64,000 bases of DNA from Candidatus Moraniibacteriota bacterium (GCA_030645735.1 JAUSNP010000003.1:103411-167410); one strand, 5' to 3'; shown: positions 1 to 9,712, counted from the stretch's first letter. Numbers and translations: made by a program. The notes: a model not told the origin generated them from the sequence alone.

Positions 1-313
1 CTTTCGCTGTACCACTTTGAATTTTTAGATTTTGCTCCACAACTTCCATAATAATATTCTCTCCGTGTGGTAAATTATTCACAAAATTACTAATGAGCTT
101 GGCGGGAATGGTTATTTTACCCTCCTTTTCTATTTTGGCACCAATTTGCACTGAAACTCCAATTTCCAAATTAGTTGCTGAAAGTTTCAAACCGCCCATT
201 TCTATTTCAAATAAAATATTATTTAAAATAGGGAGGGTGTTTTGTTTAGAAACCATTCTTTCTGAATTGAAGATAGCTTTCTTGAAATTTTCCTGAGTAC
301 AAATTAGTTTCAT
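1..313 (-). CDS. dnaN: DNA polymerase III beta sliding clamp, N-terminal part (gene continues beyond window start)
   Basis: Minus-strand translation from ATG (cat at 311..313) gives MKLICTQENFKKAIFNSERMVSKQNTLPILNNILFEIEMGGLKLSATNLEIGV..., a typical beta-clamp N-terminus. Sits immediately downstream of dnaA in the canonical dnaA-dnaN order. Confidence 0.75.
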   Translation of the reverse strand, partial: MKLICTQENFKKAIFNSERMVSKQNTLPILNNILFEIEMGGLKLSATNLEIGVSVQIGAKIEKEGKITIPAKLISNFVNNLPHGENIIMEVVEQNLKIQSGTAK

Positions 314-586
314 AGTATTAATATAATAATCTATTAAATATATTTATAAAGTTATTGTTTATTATATAGTAAATCAATTTCTGGGGATATGTGTTTTTAA
401 TGGCTTGATAGAAGCAAAAAATCTGTGCATAACTAGGTGGATAAGGTTGACTAGTGATAGTTAACGTCAGAGGGGATAATTTTTTAGTGTGGCTAGGTTG
501 TTTTTTAATTCACAGGTTGGGTAGTGTTTGGGGTGGGTTATGCGCAGGGATGTTCAGGGGTTAAACTACAGGTTATACACAGTTTA
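314..586. promoter_or_regulatory. dnaA-dnaN intergenic spacer with DnaA-box-like 9-mers (possible second oriC module / dnaN promoter)
   Basis: GGTGGATAA at 437..445 is one mismatch from TGTGGATAA. Further degenerate boxes lie near 473 and 485. AT-rich. Confidence 0.3.
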
Positions 587-1975
587 TTAGCTAACGGCGT
601 ACAATTGTTCCTTAATTAGGTTGATTTCGGAAATAAGCTTTTCATTGTATTCAAGTTCTTTAGAAATTTTGTCATGAGCATGGATGGCAGTGGTGTGATC
701 GCGCCCACCCAACTTCTCGCCGATACCAGGGTAGGAATATTGCAATTCACTGCGCATAAGATACATGGCGATTTGTCTGGGCTTAGCCACCTCTTTCTTG
801 CGATTTTTTATAATCAAATCAGCCGAGTTAATATCATAAAAAGAAGAAACAATATCAATGATGTGTTTGTGGGTGATACCTTTCTTTTTCCCACTAGCAA
901 TTAGCTCGGAAAGTAGGGTTTTAACATATTCCAAGGAGAGTTCGCGATTACTTAATTGCGCAGAAACAGAAACACGGTTAAGGGCGCCTTCAAGCTCGCG
1001 AATATTATTGGTGATGTTTTGGGCAATAAAACTCAAAGCCTCGATGGAAATGGCTAGGTTTTCGTCGGTCGCTTTTTTGCTTAAAATAGCCATTCTTGTC
1101 TCAAAATCAGCCTTAGAAACATCAGCAATCATACCACCCTCAAAGCGGGAGCGCAGGCGCTCTTCAAGGGTTGGAATAGCTTTTGGCGCTCTGTCACTGC
1201 TGAGTACAATTTGTCGATTCAGTTGATAGAGATAGTTAAAGATATGAAAAAACTCTTCCTGCGTCTTTTCTTTGCCAGAAAGAAATTGAACATCGTCAAT
1301 AATTAAAAGGTCAATTTTTTGGTAATGTTCTTTGAATTCATTGATTTTTTGGGTGCGAATCGAGTCAATAAGCTCATTAGTAAAGCGCTCTGAAGTGATA
1401 TACTTCACTTTTCTGGTTGGATCGTGCTTGAGGATTTCATTGCCAATAGATTGTAAAAGATGGGTTTTGCCCAAGCCCACCCCGCCATAAATGAAAAGTG
1501 GGTTATAGATCCGGCCAAGGTTTTGTGACACGGCATAACAAGCGGCGCGTGCCAACTCATTGCTCCCGCCAATAATAAAATTCTCGAAGGTATATTTGGG
1601 GTTTAGATTGTTTTCTTGGCTTATTTGAAAGGTTCTTTCAATAAATGGCTTGACGGGAACATGTTTTTTAGGAGGAATGATGGCGTCAATAGATTGTTCA
1701 TTTTTATTGCCGTCCTGGCCAGTTTCTATGGCGCAGGCGACCTCTTTGATGTCACTTTGAATGTTTCGTAGCGCGCGTAAGATGTAAATATTGTATTTAT
1801 TTTCCAACCATTCTTTAGCAAAACCATTTGGCACGCCGATAACCACCTTGCCATCAGTATTCGACTGAATTGAGGTATTTTTGAACCATGTGATGAAATT
1901 AGCTTTCGAGATTGAAAGCTCTATTTCCCCAAGTGCCGCTCGCCAAAGCTCTTCATTAGTCATAATTGGAAGCAA
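587..1975 (-). CDS. dnaA: Chromosomal replication initiator protein DnaA
   Basis: 462-aa ORF with AAA+ Walker A (GGVGLGKTHLLQSIGNE), Walker B (LLIIDDVQF) and a C-terminal DnaA-box-binding helix-turn-helix (HTTAIHAHDKI). Placed in the rpmH-dnaA-dnaN context. Confidence 0.95.
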   Translation of the reverse strand: MLPIMTNEELWRAALGEIELSISKANFITWFKNTSIQSNTDGKVVIGVPNGFAKEWLENKYNIYILRALRNIQSDIKEVACAIETGQDGNKNEQSIDAIIPPKKHVPVKPFIERTFQISQENNLNPKYTFENFIIGGSNELARAACYAVSQNLGRIYNPLFIYGGVGLGKTHLLQSIGNEILKHDPTRKVKYITSERFTNELIDSIRTQKINEFKEHYQKIDLLIIDDVQFLSGKEKTQEEFFHIFNYLYQLNRQIVLSSDRAPKAIPTLEERLRSRFEGGMIADVSKADFETRMAILSKKATDENLAISIEALSFIAQNITNNIRELEGALNRVSVSAQLSNRELSLEYVKTLLSELIASGKKKGITHKHIIDIVSSFYDINSADLIIKNRKKEVAKPRQIAMYLMRSELQYSYPGIGEKLGGRDHTTAIHAHDKISKELEYNEKLISEINLIKEQLYAVS

Positions 1976-2248
1976 AATTAAGTATAAGATGTTTGTAAAA
2001 TAAAGTATATCACGCAGAAAATCGAATGTCTAAGAAAAACGGGGATAAAGGTGTTGGTAACCTGTGGCTAACTTAATAAAAACCCCATATCTAATGTATA
2101 TTATGAAACTAAAAATAATGCAAGTCCCTAAGTACAAGCGTAGAGACGCGATTAATCACGTCTCTACGCACAAACATTGACTTTAGTGTGGATAATTGGT
2201 AAACTCCTAAGTAGCAAATAAAGGATAATTTATAAATCATATAATACT
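1976..2248. promoter_or_regulatory. oriC candidate / dnaA-rpmH divergent promoter region
   Basis: Perfect DnaA box TGTGGATAA at 2187..2195. Degenerate boxes at 2041..2049 and 2063..2071. AT-rich. Lies between divergent dnaA and rpmH. Confidence 0.45.
2140..2167. repeat. Hairpin with GTAGAGACG / CGTCTCTAC arms (member of a 3-copy hairpin family)
   Basis: GTAGAGACG-cgattaatca-CGTCTCTAC. The same 9-nt arms recur at 9150..9178 and 30061..30089. Confidence 0.4.
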
Positions 2249-2386
2249 ATGAGCCAGACATATCAACCATCAAGCACTCGACGAAAAAACAGACACGGTT
2301 TTCGTAAGAGAAACGAAACTGCCACAGGGCAAGCTGTGCTTAAAAGACGCCGAACAAAGGGCAGAAAGCGACTAACTACGGTTTAA
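2249..2386 (+). CDS. rpmH: 50S ribosomal protein L34
   Basis: 45-aa ORF, shorter than the ORF-track cutoff: [45 protein letters not shown]. Canonical L34 immediately upstream of rnpA. Confidence 0.9.
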   Translation: MSQTYQPSSTRRKNRHGFRKRNETATGQAVLKRRRTKGRKRLTTV

Positions 2387-2405
2387 TTGGCCTAAGTTTT
2401 TAGTC

Positions 2406-2768
2406 ATGTTACCCTTTAAGAATCGTCTAACCAGAAAAAAGGATCACGAACAAGTTCAAAAACTTGGTAATTTTGTGTCTCTGGATAATATTGCTATCAA
2501 GTTTATGCCCAATGATTTGCGCGATGTTCGCGTGGGCATTGTGGTGGGCTTGAAATATTCTAAAAAGGCGGTTGAGAGAAACCTAGTCAAAAGAATGATT
2601 CGAGAAATTGTCCAAGCTGAATTGAAAAATATGGAAAAGGGCGTGGATATCGTGATTATGGCGAGAAAGCGCGAAGAAGAAAAAACTCGTAACATCAATT
2701 TCAAGAAAAATATCCAAGAAGCGTTGACTCGCGGACAATTATTAATAAAAACCAAAGAAAAGGCTTAA
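2406..2768 (+). CDS. rnpA: Ribonuclease P protein component
   Basis: 120-aa basic protein following rpmH. FKNRLTRKKD...VRVGIVVGLKYSKKAVERNLVKRMIRE is RnpA-like. Confidence 0.85.
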   Translation: MLPFKNRLTRKKDHEQVQKLGNFVSLDNIAIKFMPNDLRDVRVGIVVGLKYSKKAVERNLVKRMIREIVQAELKNMEKGVDIVIMARKREEEKTRNINFKKNIQEALTRGQLLIKTKEKA

Positions 2769-2794
2769 ACAAAGCTTTGTAATAAAACAAAAAA

Positions 2795-3559
2795 ATGGGA
2801 AATTTATTCGATATTGCTATTTATAATCCAATTTATAACCTACTGATTTTTATCTATAATATCGTGCCTGATTTTGGAGTTGCAATCATTTTGGTTACTG
2901 TTTTTATAAAATTCCTATTGATTCCCCTTAGCAAAAAGCAAATTGAGTCACAGAAAAAAATGCAGGAATTGCAACCAAAAATCAAGGAAATTCAAGCTAA
3001 ATATAAAACTGACAAAGAAAAACAAAGTCGCGCGATGATGGAGCTGTACAAAGAAAGCAAATCCAATCCATTTTCCGGTTGTTTGCCAATGATAGTGCAG
3101 CTGGTGTTTCTAATCGCGATTTATCGCGTGTTATTTAATATTTCACAGGCTGGACTCGTTGTTAATAATGCTGATCTATATGCATTTATTCAAAATCCGG
3201 GGCAAATTAATAAGATATTTTTAGGGATGGTGGATCTTTCCTCTGCGATTAACTTTTCCAGCCTAACCTTGAGCAGCTTGCCACACATTATTCTAGTGAT
3301 TTTGGCAGCTGGAGCGCAATTTGTGCAAACTAAAATGATGATGGCCAAGCAAGCAGTCAAACCCAGCAAGGCAGATGAAGCAGACTTTGCTCAAATAATG
3401 TCTAAACAAATGTTATTTCTTGGGCCGATCATGACACTGTTTATTGGAATCAAGTTTCCGGCCGGACTCGCGTTGTATTGGTTGGTTTCAACAGCGTTTA
3501 TGATTATCCAACAGAAATACATGGAGAAAAAAGAGATGGCAGTTGTGGTTGCTAAATAG
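2795..3559 (+). CDS. yidC: Membrane protein insertase YidC (short Gram-positive/CPR type)
   Basis: 254 aa, multi-TM, YidC/Oxa1-like. Canonical position after rnpA. Confidence 0.85.
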   Translation: MGNLFDIAIYNPIYNLLIFIYNIVPDFGVAIILVTVFIKFLLIPLSKKQIESQKKMQELQPKIKEIQAKYKTDKEKQSRAMMELYKESKSNPFSGCLPMIVQLVFLIAIYRVLFNISQAGLVVNNADLYAFIQNPGQINKIFLGMVDLSSAINFSSLTLSSLPHIILVILAAGAQFVQTKMMMAKQAVKPSKADEADFAQIMSKQMLFLGPIMTLFIGIKFPAGLALYWLVSTAFMIIQQKYMEKKEMAVVVAK

Positions 3560-3590
3560 ACCCTAAGATTAATCGCTAATTTTAAATACT

Positions 3591-4091
3591 ATGGAGAATC
3601 AACAAGAACGAAGCTTAGAGGAGGTGGTGCGTGAAGTCGTGGAAGGCTTATTGCAAAAAATGGGATTTGCTTGTGAAATTGAAGTTGCTCGAGAAAAAGA
3701 GGAAGAAAAAGATGGTGAAACTAAAGAAGTGGTTGTGTGTAACATTAAAACTGAAGAATCAAACTTTTTGATTGGTCAATATGGCGTGAACTTGCAGTCC
3801 TTGCAACACATTGCGCGAGTTTTGGTGCGCAAGTGTATAGATGATCGAGCCAACTTCATTTTAGATGTAAACCACTACCGCAAAGAAAAGAACATTTCTA
3901 TTGTAACGCTAGCTAAAAATGTGGCTGAGCAGGCCTTGAATGAAAAAAGAGCGATTGTGCTTCGCCCAATGTCACCGTATGAAAGAAGACTGGTACACAT
4001 GGAGCTTTCAAAAAATTCAGCGGTTGTCACAGAAAGCATTGGTGAGGGCGAAGACCGCAAAGTTGTGGTCAAGCCTGCAGAAACAATATAA
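3591..4091 (+). CDS. jag: Jag/KhpB-like RNA-binding protein (KH + R3H domains)
   Basis: C-terminal R3H-like segment (RRLVHMELSKNSAVVTESIGEGEDRKVVV). Canonical position after yidC. Confidence 0.8.
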   Translation: MENQQERSLEEVVREVVEGLLQKMGFACEIEVAREKEEEKDGETKEVVVCNIKTEESNFLIGQYGVNLQSLQHIARVLVRKCIDDRANFILDVNHYRKEKNISIVTLAKNVAEQALNEKRAIVLRPMSPYERRLVHMELSKNSAVVTESIGEGEDRKVVVKPAETI

Positions 4092-4133
4092 ACTAATTTT
4101 GTAGTTTTTAATTTTGTAAGTTTCTAAGTTTTT

Positions 4134-4161
4134 TAGAAATTAGAAATTAGAAATTAGAAAT
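4134..4161. repeat. Tandem 7-mer microsatellite (TAGAAAT)x4
   Basis: tagaaattagaaattagaaattagaaat lies directly upstream of the flippase gene start (4170). Confidence 0.6.
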
Positions 4162-4169
4162 TTTAAAAC

Positions 4170-5612
4170 ATGGTTATTGCTCGAAAAATAGCCTACAATG
4201 TTGTTGTCAGCACTGTTTCTAAGGTGTTTTCGACAATTCTTGCGCTGGTATCAATCGGTTTTATTACGCGGTATCTTGGCAAGGAAGGTTTTGGAAATTA
4301 CGCCACTGTGTTGGCGTTTTTGTCTTTTTTTGCTGCTGTTTCTGATCTGGGTCTATATTACATCACCACTCGGGAGATTTCCCGCGCTGGCGCTGATGAA
4401 GAAAAAATTCTCGGCAACATCTTTTCTATTCGCCTGCTTTCCAGCTTAGCTATCTTTTTGATTTCGCCAATTGTGACACTATTCTTTGCTTACCCCAAAG
4501 AAGTCAACGAAGGCATCATCATTGTAGCTGCTTCTTTTCTATTCTCTTCTAGCTATCAAATTTTAAACGGTGTTTTTCAAAAGAATTTAGCGATGGACAA
4601 GGTGGCGGTGGGCGAGCTCATTGGCAAGATTGTACAGGTGGGGGTGGTTATTGCAGCGGTTAAATTGAATTTGGGATTTGCTTGGATAATCTCGTCGCTA
4701 TTGTTTAATATGGTAGCTAGTTTCTTGATTGTTTTTGTGTGGGCCAAGAAATATGTACGTATCCACCTGCGTTTTGATTTTGACTATTGGAAAGTTTTTT
4801 TGAAAGAGTCTATACCAATGGGTGTGGCCACAATCATCACTTTCGCCTACTTTAAAATGGACACCATCCTTTTGTCAGTCATGAAAACCGGCGCTGATGT
4901 GGGAATTTATAATGCAGCTTACAAAGTTTTAGAAAATATTACTTTTTTTCCAGCTATGATTGCGGGACTAGTTATGCCAATCTTGGCGCACAGCATTTTT
5001 ATTAATCGAGATCGTTTCGAAGAAATAGCTAACAAAACTTTTAAGGTTTTTGTGGTGCTGGTGGTGCCATTGGTAGTGGGAACCTTGTTTTTGGCAGATG
5101 ATGTGATTCGGCTCATCGGTGGCGCAGGCTTTGTGGAGTCTGGGCAGGTTTTGCGTATTCTGGTGTTTGCGTTAGCGTTTATTTTCTTTGGCCAATTTTT
5201 CAACACCTTGCTCATCGTGGGCAATTTGCAAAAAAGACTAATGTGGACACTGGGCGTTGCAGCGATAATTAATATTGTCCTGAATTTAATTTTTATTCCT
5301 AAATTTTCCTATACTGCTGCCGCCTACATTTCCGTGGGCACAGAATTTGTGGTGGTGTTGCTAACAGCATATATGACTGTAAAAAAATTGAAGTATAGGC
5401 CATCCCTGGAAAAAACTCCCGCGATTGTTTTGGCGGGGGCTGTGATGGCAGTTCCACTTTTCGTCTTTAAGGGGTATAATTTCTTTATGCTAGCTATTGC
5501 AAGCTCAATAGTATATTTCGTAGCTCTGTGGCTTTTCAAGGCCATCGAAACTTCCGAAATAACCAGCCTAATTAGTAAAAAAGGCGTGCAGGAATATGAC
5601 GAATTACCCTAA
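4170..5612 (+). CDS. Polysaccharide biosynthesis protein / Wzx-type oligosaccharide flippase (MOP superfamily)
   Basis: 480 aa, about 12-14 TM helices. N-terminal motif typical of Wzx/polysaccharide biosynthesis proteins. First gene of a glycosylation operon. Confidence 0.75.
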   Translation: MVIARKIAYNVVVSTVSKVFSTILALVSIGFITRYLGKEGFGNYATVLAFLSFFAAVSDLGLYYITTREISRAGADEEKILGNIFSIRLLSSLAIFLISPIVTLFFAYPKEVNEGIIIVAASFLFSSSYQILNGVFQKNLAMDKVAVGELIGKIVQVGVVIAAVKLNLGFAWIISSLLFNMVASFLIVFVWAKKYVRIHLRFDFDYWKVFLKESIPMGVATIITFAYFKMDTILLSVMKTGADVGIYNAAYKVLENITFFPAMIAGLVMPILAHSIFINRDRFEEIANKTFKVFVVLVVPLVVGTLFLADDVIRLIGGAGFVESGQVLRILVFALAFIFFGQFFNTLLIVGNLQKRLMWTLGVAAIINIVLNLIFIPKFSYTAAAYISVGTEFVVVLLTAYMTVKKLKYRPSLEKTPAIVLAGAVMAVPLFVFKGYNFFMLAIASSIVYFVALWLFKAIETSEITSLISKKGVQEYDELP

Positions 5613-6465
5613 AGTTTTTGTAATAATCTTAAATTACAATGGCAAGGATGTTATAAAGAAATGTCTGACCAGTGTTTTTAAATTAGACTATCCGAATCTG
5701 GAGGTTGTTTTGGTAGACAATAATTCGGCTGACGGTTCTCTAGAGATGGCTAAAGCTGCTTTTTCTAAAATCAATTTTATAAAAAATGAGGAGAACCTGG
5801 GCTTTGGCGCAGGTAATAATATTGGAATTCGCTTCGCTTTGGAGCGCATGGCAGATTTTGTGTTGTTGTTGAACAATGATACGGAAGTTGATAAAGATTT
5901 TTTAACTAAACTCATAGAAGTGGCGCAAGCGGATGAAAAAATCGGCGTACTTAGCCCAGTTATTTTTGACGGCAATTCAAAGCAAATCTGGTTTGCAGGC
6001 GGTAAAATAGATTGGTTGCGGATGCGAACGAGACACCTACAAAAAGCCCAGACGGAAGATTATTATGATTCAGATTTTATAACCGGCTGCAGTATGCTGG
6101 TGCGGGCGGAAGTTTTCAAACAGATTGGTTTGTTAGACGAAGATTTTTTCTTGTATTGGGAGGATGCCGACTTCAGTGTGCGGGTCAAAAAAGCTGGTTT
6201 TAAAAATGTAGTTGTATCTGGCAGTTGGATTTATCACTTTGAAAAAAGTGAACAGGCCAAGAGCAATAAAATTTATTGGCTGGTTATTTCGGGCTTGATA
6301 TTTTTTAAGAAAAACACCCCCTTTTGGTTGAAGCCTTGGATAAAAACATATGTAGCCAGTAGAAAAATTAAGAATTGGCTTGACGTTATGCTTAAAAAGC
6401 AGGAAATGGCTTTGACAGTACAAAAGGCCTACAAAGATTATCAGTCTTATGCAAAACTCAAATAA
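5596..6465 (+). CDS. Family 2 glycosyltransferase
   Basis: N-terminus VFVIILNYNGKDVIKKCL...VDNNSADGS with DxD (NNDTEVD) is a GT2 signature. Overlaps the upstream gene by 17 nt, suggesting translational coupling. Confidence 0.8.
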   Translation: MTNYPKVFVIILNYNGKDVIKKCLTSVFKLDYPNLEVVLVDNNSADGSLEMAKAAFSKINFIKNEENLGFGAGNNIGIRFALERMADFVLLLNNDTEVDKDFLTKLIEVAQADEKIGVLSPVIFDGNSKQIWFAGGKIDWLRMRTRHLQKAQTEDYYDSDFITGCSMLVRAEVFKQIGLLDEDFFLYWEDADFSVRVKKAGFKNVVVSGSWIYHFEKSEQAKSNKIYWLVISGLIFFKKNTPFWLKPWIKTYVASRKIKNWLDVMLKKQEMALTVQKAYKDYQSYAKLK

Positions 6466-7231
6466 GCTATCCATCATCATCGTTAACTATCGTAGTGAGA
6501 AATATTTAGAAAAATGTTTGTCTTCGATTTATGGCGTGTGGGGAGAGAGCTTGGAGATAATCATTGTTAATAATGATGTAAACGAATCATTGGCGAAGAT
6601 TGCAACGAGCTTTCCAGCCGTAAAAATTATTCAGCAAGGCAGTAACGTTGGTTTTGGAACAGCTCATAATGCTGGATCACGCCTAGCCGGCGGAAAATAT
6701 TTGTTATTTCTAAATCCAGACATGGCAGTATTGGACAGTATGGAGAAGATTTTGGATAAATTTGAAGAGGATGACACAGTCGGCATAATTGGCGCCAGAT
6801 TGGTGAAGCTAGATGGACAAAATCAAGCTTGGAGCGCTGGTTACGAAGCTAATATCTTGAGCATTATAAAAAATAAAATAAAACTTTCGGAACGGGAAAT
6901 GGTTTGGAACAGCGCTCAGACCAAAGAAGTTGATTGGGTCAGTGGTGGCGCGATGTTTATCCGCAAAGAAATTTTTGATAAGGTATCTGGGTTTGATGAA
7001 AACTTTTTTATGTATTTTGAAGACATGGATCTTTGTAAAAGAGTGCGAGCTCTGGGCAAAAAAGTCATTTACTTCCCTAGTGTTCGCATAGAACACGTAG
7101 AAGGCGGTAGCAGAGAAAACAAAAACAAACAAAAAAAGAGCTATTATGCTTCGCAGGATTATTATTTCAGCAAGCATTTTGGGTCAACTCAGGCAACACT
7201 TGTGAAATTATTGAGAAAAATTTTTGTTTAA
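6449..7231 (+). CDS. Family 2 glycosyltransferase
   Basis: LSIIIVNYRSEKYLEKCL...NNDVNES plus a DxD-type motif (NPDMAV). GT2 fold. Overlaps the upstream gene. Confidence 0.8.
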   Translation: MQNSNKLSIIIVNYRSEKYLEKCLSSIYGVWGESLEIIIVNNDVNESLAKIATSFPAVKIIQQGSNVGFGTAHNAGSRLAGGKYLLFLNPDMAVLDSMEKILDKFEEDDTVGIIGARLVKLDGQNQAWSAGYEANILSIIKNKIKLSEREMVWNSAQTKEVDWVSGGAMFIRKEIFDKVSGFDENFFMYFEDMDLCKRVRALGKKVIYFPSVRIEHVEGGSRENKNKQKKSYYASQDYYFSKHFGSTQATLVKLLRKIFV

Positions 7232-7243
7232 TAAAAAACGAAC

Positions 7244-8524
7244 ATGTTTAATGTTTTTCTATTGCTAGTCGGTTATTTGCCTTTTCAATTAGCGCTGAAT
7301 CCAACGACAGGTATTGATTTGGCGTCTATCCGGGTTTTTATTCTGTTTTTATTTTTTGGGTGGCTGGCGCAAGGACTAAAAAAGAAAAACATCCGATTAA
7401 ACAATAATCTACAAACCTGGCTCGTGGCGTCTTTTCTGTTTCTGAATTTATTCTCTGCATTGGTAGCGAAAAATTCGGATTGGTCAATGCGGAAACTGTT
7501 GTTTTTGTTTTCCATTTTTCCGATTTATTTCGTAGCCAGTCAATTAATTACGAATAAGGAGCGATTATATAGGGCTGTTAAGACAATAGTCGCCAGTGCG
7601 GCAGTGGTTGCTGGCGTCGGAATTGTGCAATTTTTACTGCAATTTATAATTGGCTGGAAGTCCACCTATACTTTTTGGGCTAAATTTGTAATTATGCCCT
7701 TTTTGGGGAGTAGCTTCGGTGAAGCAGTCTTGAAAAATCCGAGTTGGTTGGTAAATATTGGTGGCAAAACCTATTTGCGCGCCACTTCGCTTTTCCCTGA
7801 TCCACATATGCTAGCTTTTTATTTGGGCTTGGCATTGCCACTCGCCTTTTGGTTTATGCTGCACACAGACAAAAGAAAAAAACTAGCTATATTTGGATGC
7901 GGGTTGATTTTATTGGCGGATTTGTTAACCTTTTCTCGTGGCGGGTATGTGGGCATATTTTCTGGTTTGGTTTTTGTGGGGATATTTTTCTGGAAAAAAA
8001 CAGAACGGAAATATAAAGTTGTAACAAGCATTGTTTTACTGATGGGCTTATCGATTTTGTTAGTTCCATCGCCAATTTCACAAAGATTTCTTTCCAGTTT
8101 TGATTTGCAAGAAGGCTCAAATCAGGGTCGAATGGCTATGTGGGGAAAAGCCATGGAGGTGACGCTGGAGCACCCGTTGCTAGGCGTGGGGATTGGCAAT
8201 TATCCGCTAGAAGTGAATCCCGTGGCAACGTATCGCGATCCAATTTATGCCCACAATACTTATTTAGATGTTGCCGCGGAAACTGGCCTCATAAATATGC
8301 TTGTGTGGATTGGAATTTTGCTGGTGACGGGGTTGGGTTTTTTGCAAAAATCTAAGCAAGAAAACCTTTTCTTTTTCAGTGCAATTAGTTTGGTTATTTT
8401 TTCGGCGCATTCTTTGGTTGAAACCGCCATCTATTCGCCAGTAGTGCTAACTTTGTTTTTGATTATTTTAAGCCTGTATAATTTTCCCATCGTAGAGACG
8501 AAACAAAATGAAAAAGTTATTTAA
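7244..8524 (+). CDS. O-antigen ligase (Wzy_C) family membrane protein
   Basis: Polytopic membrane protein. Periplasmic-loop motif MAMWGKAMEVTLEHPLLGVGIGNYP...AHNTYLDVAAETGL is typical of WaaL/Wzy_C. Confidence 0.65.
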   Translation: MFNVFLLLVGYLPFQLALNPTTGIDLASIRVFILFLFFGWLAQGLKKKNIRLNNNLQTWLVASFLFLNLFSALVAKNSDWSMRKLLFLFSIFPIYFVASQLITNKERLYRAVKTIVASAAVVAGVGIVQFLLQFIIGWKSTYTFWAKFVIMPFLGSSFGEAVLKNPSWLVNIGGKTYLRATSLFPDPHMLAFYLGLALPLAFWFMLHTDKRKKLAIFGCGLILLADLLTFSRGGYVGIFSGLVFVGIFFWKKTERKYKVVTSIVLLMGLSILLVPSPISQRFLSSFDLQEGSNQGRMAMWGKAMEVTLEHPLLGVGIGNYPLEVNPVATYRDPIYAHNTYLDVAAETGLINMLVWIGILLVTGLGFLQKSKQENLFFFSAISLVIFSAHSLVETAIYSPVVLTLFLIILSLYNFPIVETKQNEKVI

Positions 8525-9683
8525 CCTAGAAAATTTTATATTTATCACTATAATTTTCCTGCCACTGTATCTAGTAAAGGTAGTTATTTTGGGTGTGCCA
8601 AGCAATCTTTTTGAGTTGATAGTAGTGTTTGCGATATTAGCGTTCGCTATGGCATCTGTGGGCTCAAAAATTGAGCTACAAGACTATAAAAAGTATTTTA
8701 TACCCATAGTGCTGATAATCTCTGGATTGCTCATTTCAACCATCTACAATGACGCCTACCGCGTCGGATTTGGCATAATAAAGAGCTGGTTTGTGGTTCC
8801 AATCATCTTTGCTTTCGTGGCCGTGAAGACCTTGGGCAAGGCAAAAAAAGAAACTGTCTTGAATGTCATATATCTGTCAGCTCTGGGGGTGGCGTGTGTT
8901 TCTCTGGCCTATTTTTTTCTAGGTTTAGTAACTTTTGATGGTCGCCTACAAGCCTTTTTCAACTCACCGAATTATTTGGCGATGTTTTTGACACCAGCGA
9001 TTGTGATTGGCGTGGCTAAGCTGGCTGAAAATAAAAAATTGTATGGCACTTCCTTACTAATTATGCTTATTTCGCTGTATTTAACATTTTCATATGCTGC
9101 TTGGTTGGCATTATTTAGCTCATTGGTAATTCTATTTTTAAAAAAAGAAGTAGAGACGAGGCACGGCCTCGTCTCTACGAAGATTTCAAAAAAACTTTTT
9201 TGGGTAGCGTTTTTTGGTTTATCGATTATTTTTTTACAGATTGGCTCTGATAAAATGCAAAACCTAACGCATGTAGATAGCAGGTCATCATTAGCATCGC
9301 GCGCGATGATTTGGCGCTCAGCTGGCAAGATGATTGCGGACAATCCAATTGTCGGCATCGGTCCAGGTAATTTTCAAAACAAATATTTGGCATATCAACA
9401 ATATTTCCCACCCTATTTGGAGTGGGCCGTGCCACAGCCACATAATATTTTCTTAGCTTTTTGGTTGCAAGCAGGGATTTTGGGATTAGTAGGTTTTATA
9501 TATCTGATGTCTGTGTGGTTTATTGATGTATTTAGAAAAAAAGATGACGTAAGTATTGTTTGCATGGCAATTATGACGGGCATTATAATCCACGGACTAT
9601 TTGACACGACATATTTTAAAAATGATTTAGCCGTTATTTTCTGGCTAATCTTTTTCCTTGGTATAAAAAATCGTAATAGCTAA
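8508..9683 (+). CDS. O-antigen ligase (Wzy_C) family membrane protein, paralog 2
   Basis: MIWRSAGKMIADNPIVGIGPGNFQNKY...HNIFLAFWLQAGILGLVGF. Overlaps the upstream ligase gene. Confidence 0.7.
   Translation: MKKLFNLENFIFITIIFLPLYLVKVVILGVPSNLFELIVVFAILAFAMASVGSKIELQDYKKYFIPIVLIISGLLISTIYNDAYRVGFGIIKSWFVVPIIFAFVAVKTLGKAKKETVLNVIYLSALGVACVSLAYFFLGLVTFDGRLQAFFNSPNYLAMFLTPAIVIGVAKLAENKKLYGTSLLIMLISLYLTFSYAAWLALFSSLVILFLKKEVETRHGLVSTKISKKLFWVAFFGLSIIFLQIGSDKMQNLTHVDSRSSLASRAMIWRSAGKMIADNPIVGIGPGNFQNKYLAYQQYFPPYLEWAVPQPHNIFLAFWLQAGILGLVGFIYLMSVWFIDVFRKKDDVSIVCMAIMTGIIIHGLFDTTYFKNDLAVIFWLIFFLGIKNRNS
9150..9178. repeat. Hairpin GTAGAGACGAGGC-acg-GCCTCGTCTCTAC inside the ligase CDS
   Basis: 13-bp perfect stem. 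Same terminal 9-mers as the hairpins at 2140 and 30061. Translated as VETRHGLVST. Confidence 0.4.
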
Positions 9684-9712
9684 TTGACAATGGTGCTATT
9701 TATAGATATATT
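9684..9712 (+). promoter_or_regulatory. Candidate sigma70-type promoter for the CHAP-hydrolase gene
   Basis: TTGACA (9684..9689), 17-nt spacer, TATATT (9707..9712). The ATG at 9832 is preceded by aagaggagaagg (Shine-Dalgarno). Confidence 0.3.

Noticed and set aside
93-296. 67-aa plus-strand ORF at window start
   Set aside because: The opposite strand encodes a clear DnaN N-terminus over the same interval. The plus ORF is an antisense artefact.
674-1226. Two plus-strand ORFs (76 and 122 aa) inside dnaA
   Set aside because: They are antisense to the well-supported dnaA CDS and have no motifs.
2456-2755. 99-aa minus ORF inside rnpA
   Set aside because: Antisense overlap with rnpA.
8140-8355. 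71-aa plus ORF in an alternative frame within the O-antigen ligase gene
   Set aside because: Overlaps the supported ligase frame. Gly/Arg-rich artefact.
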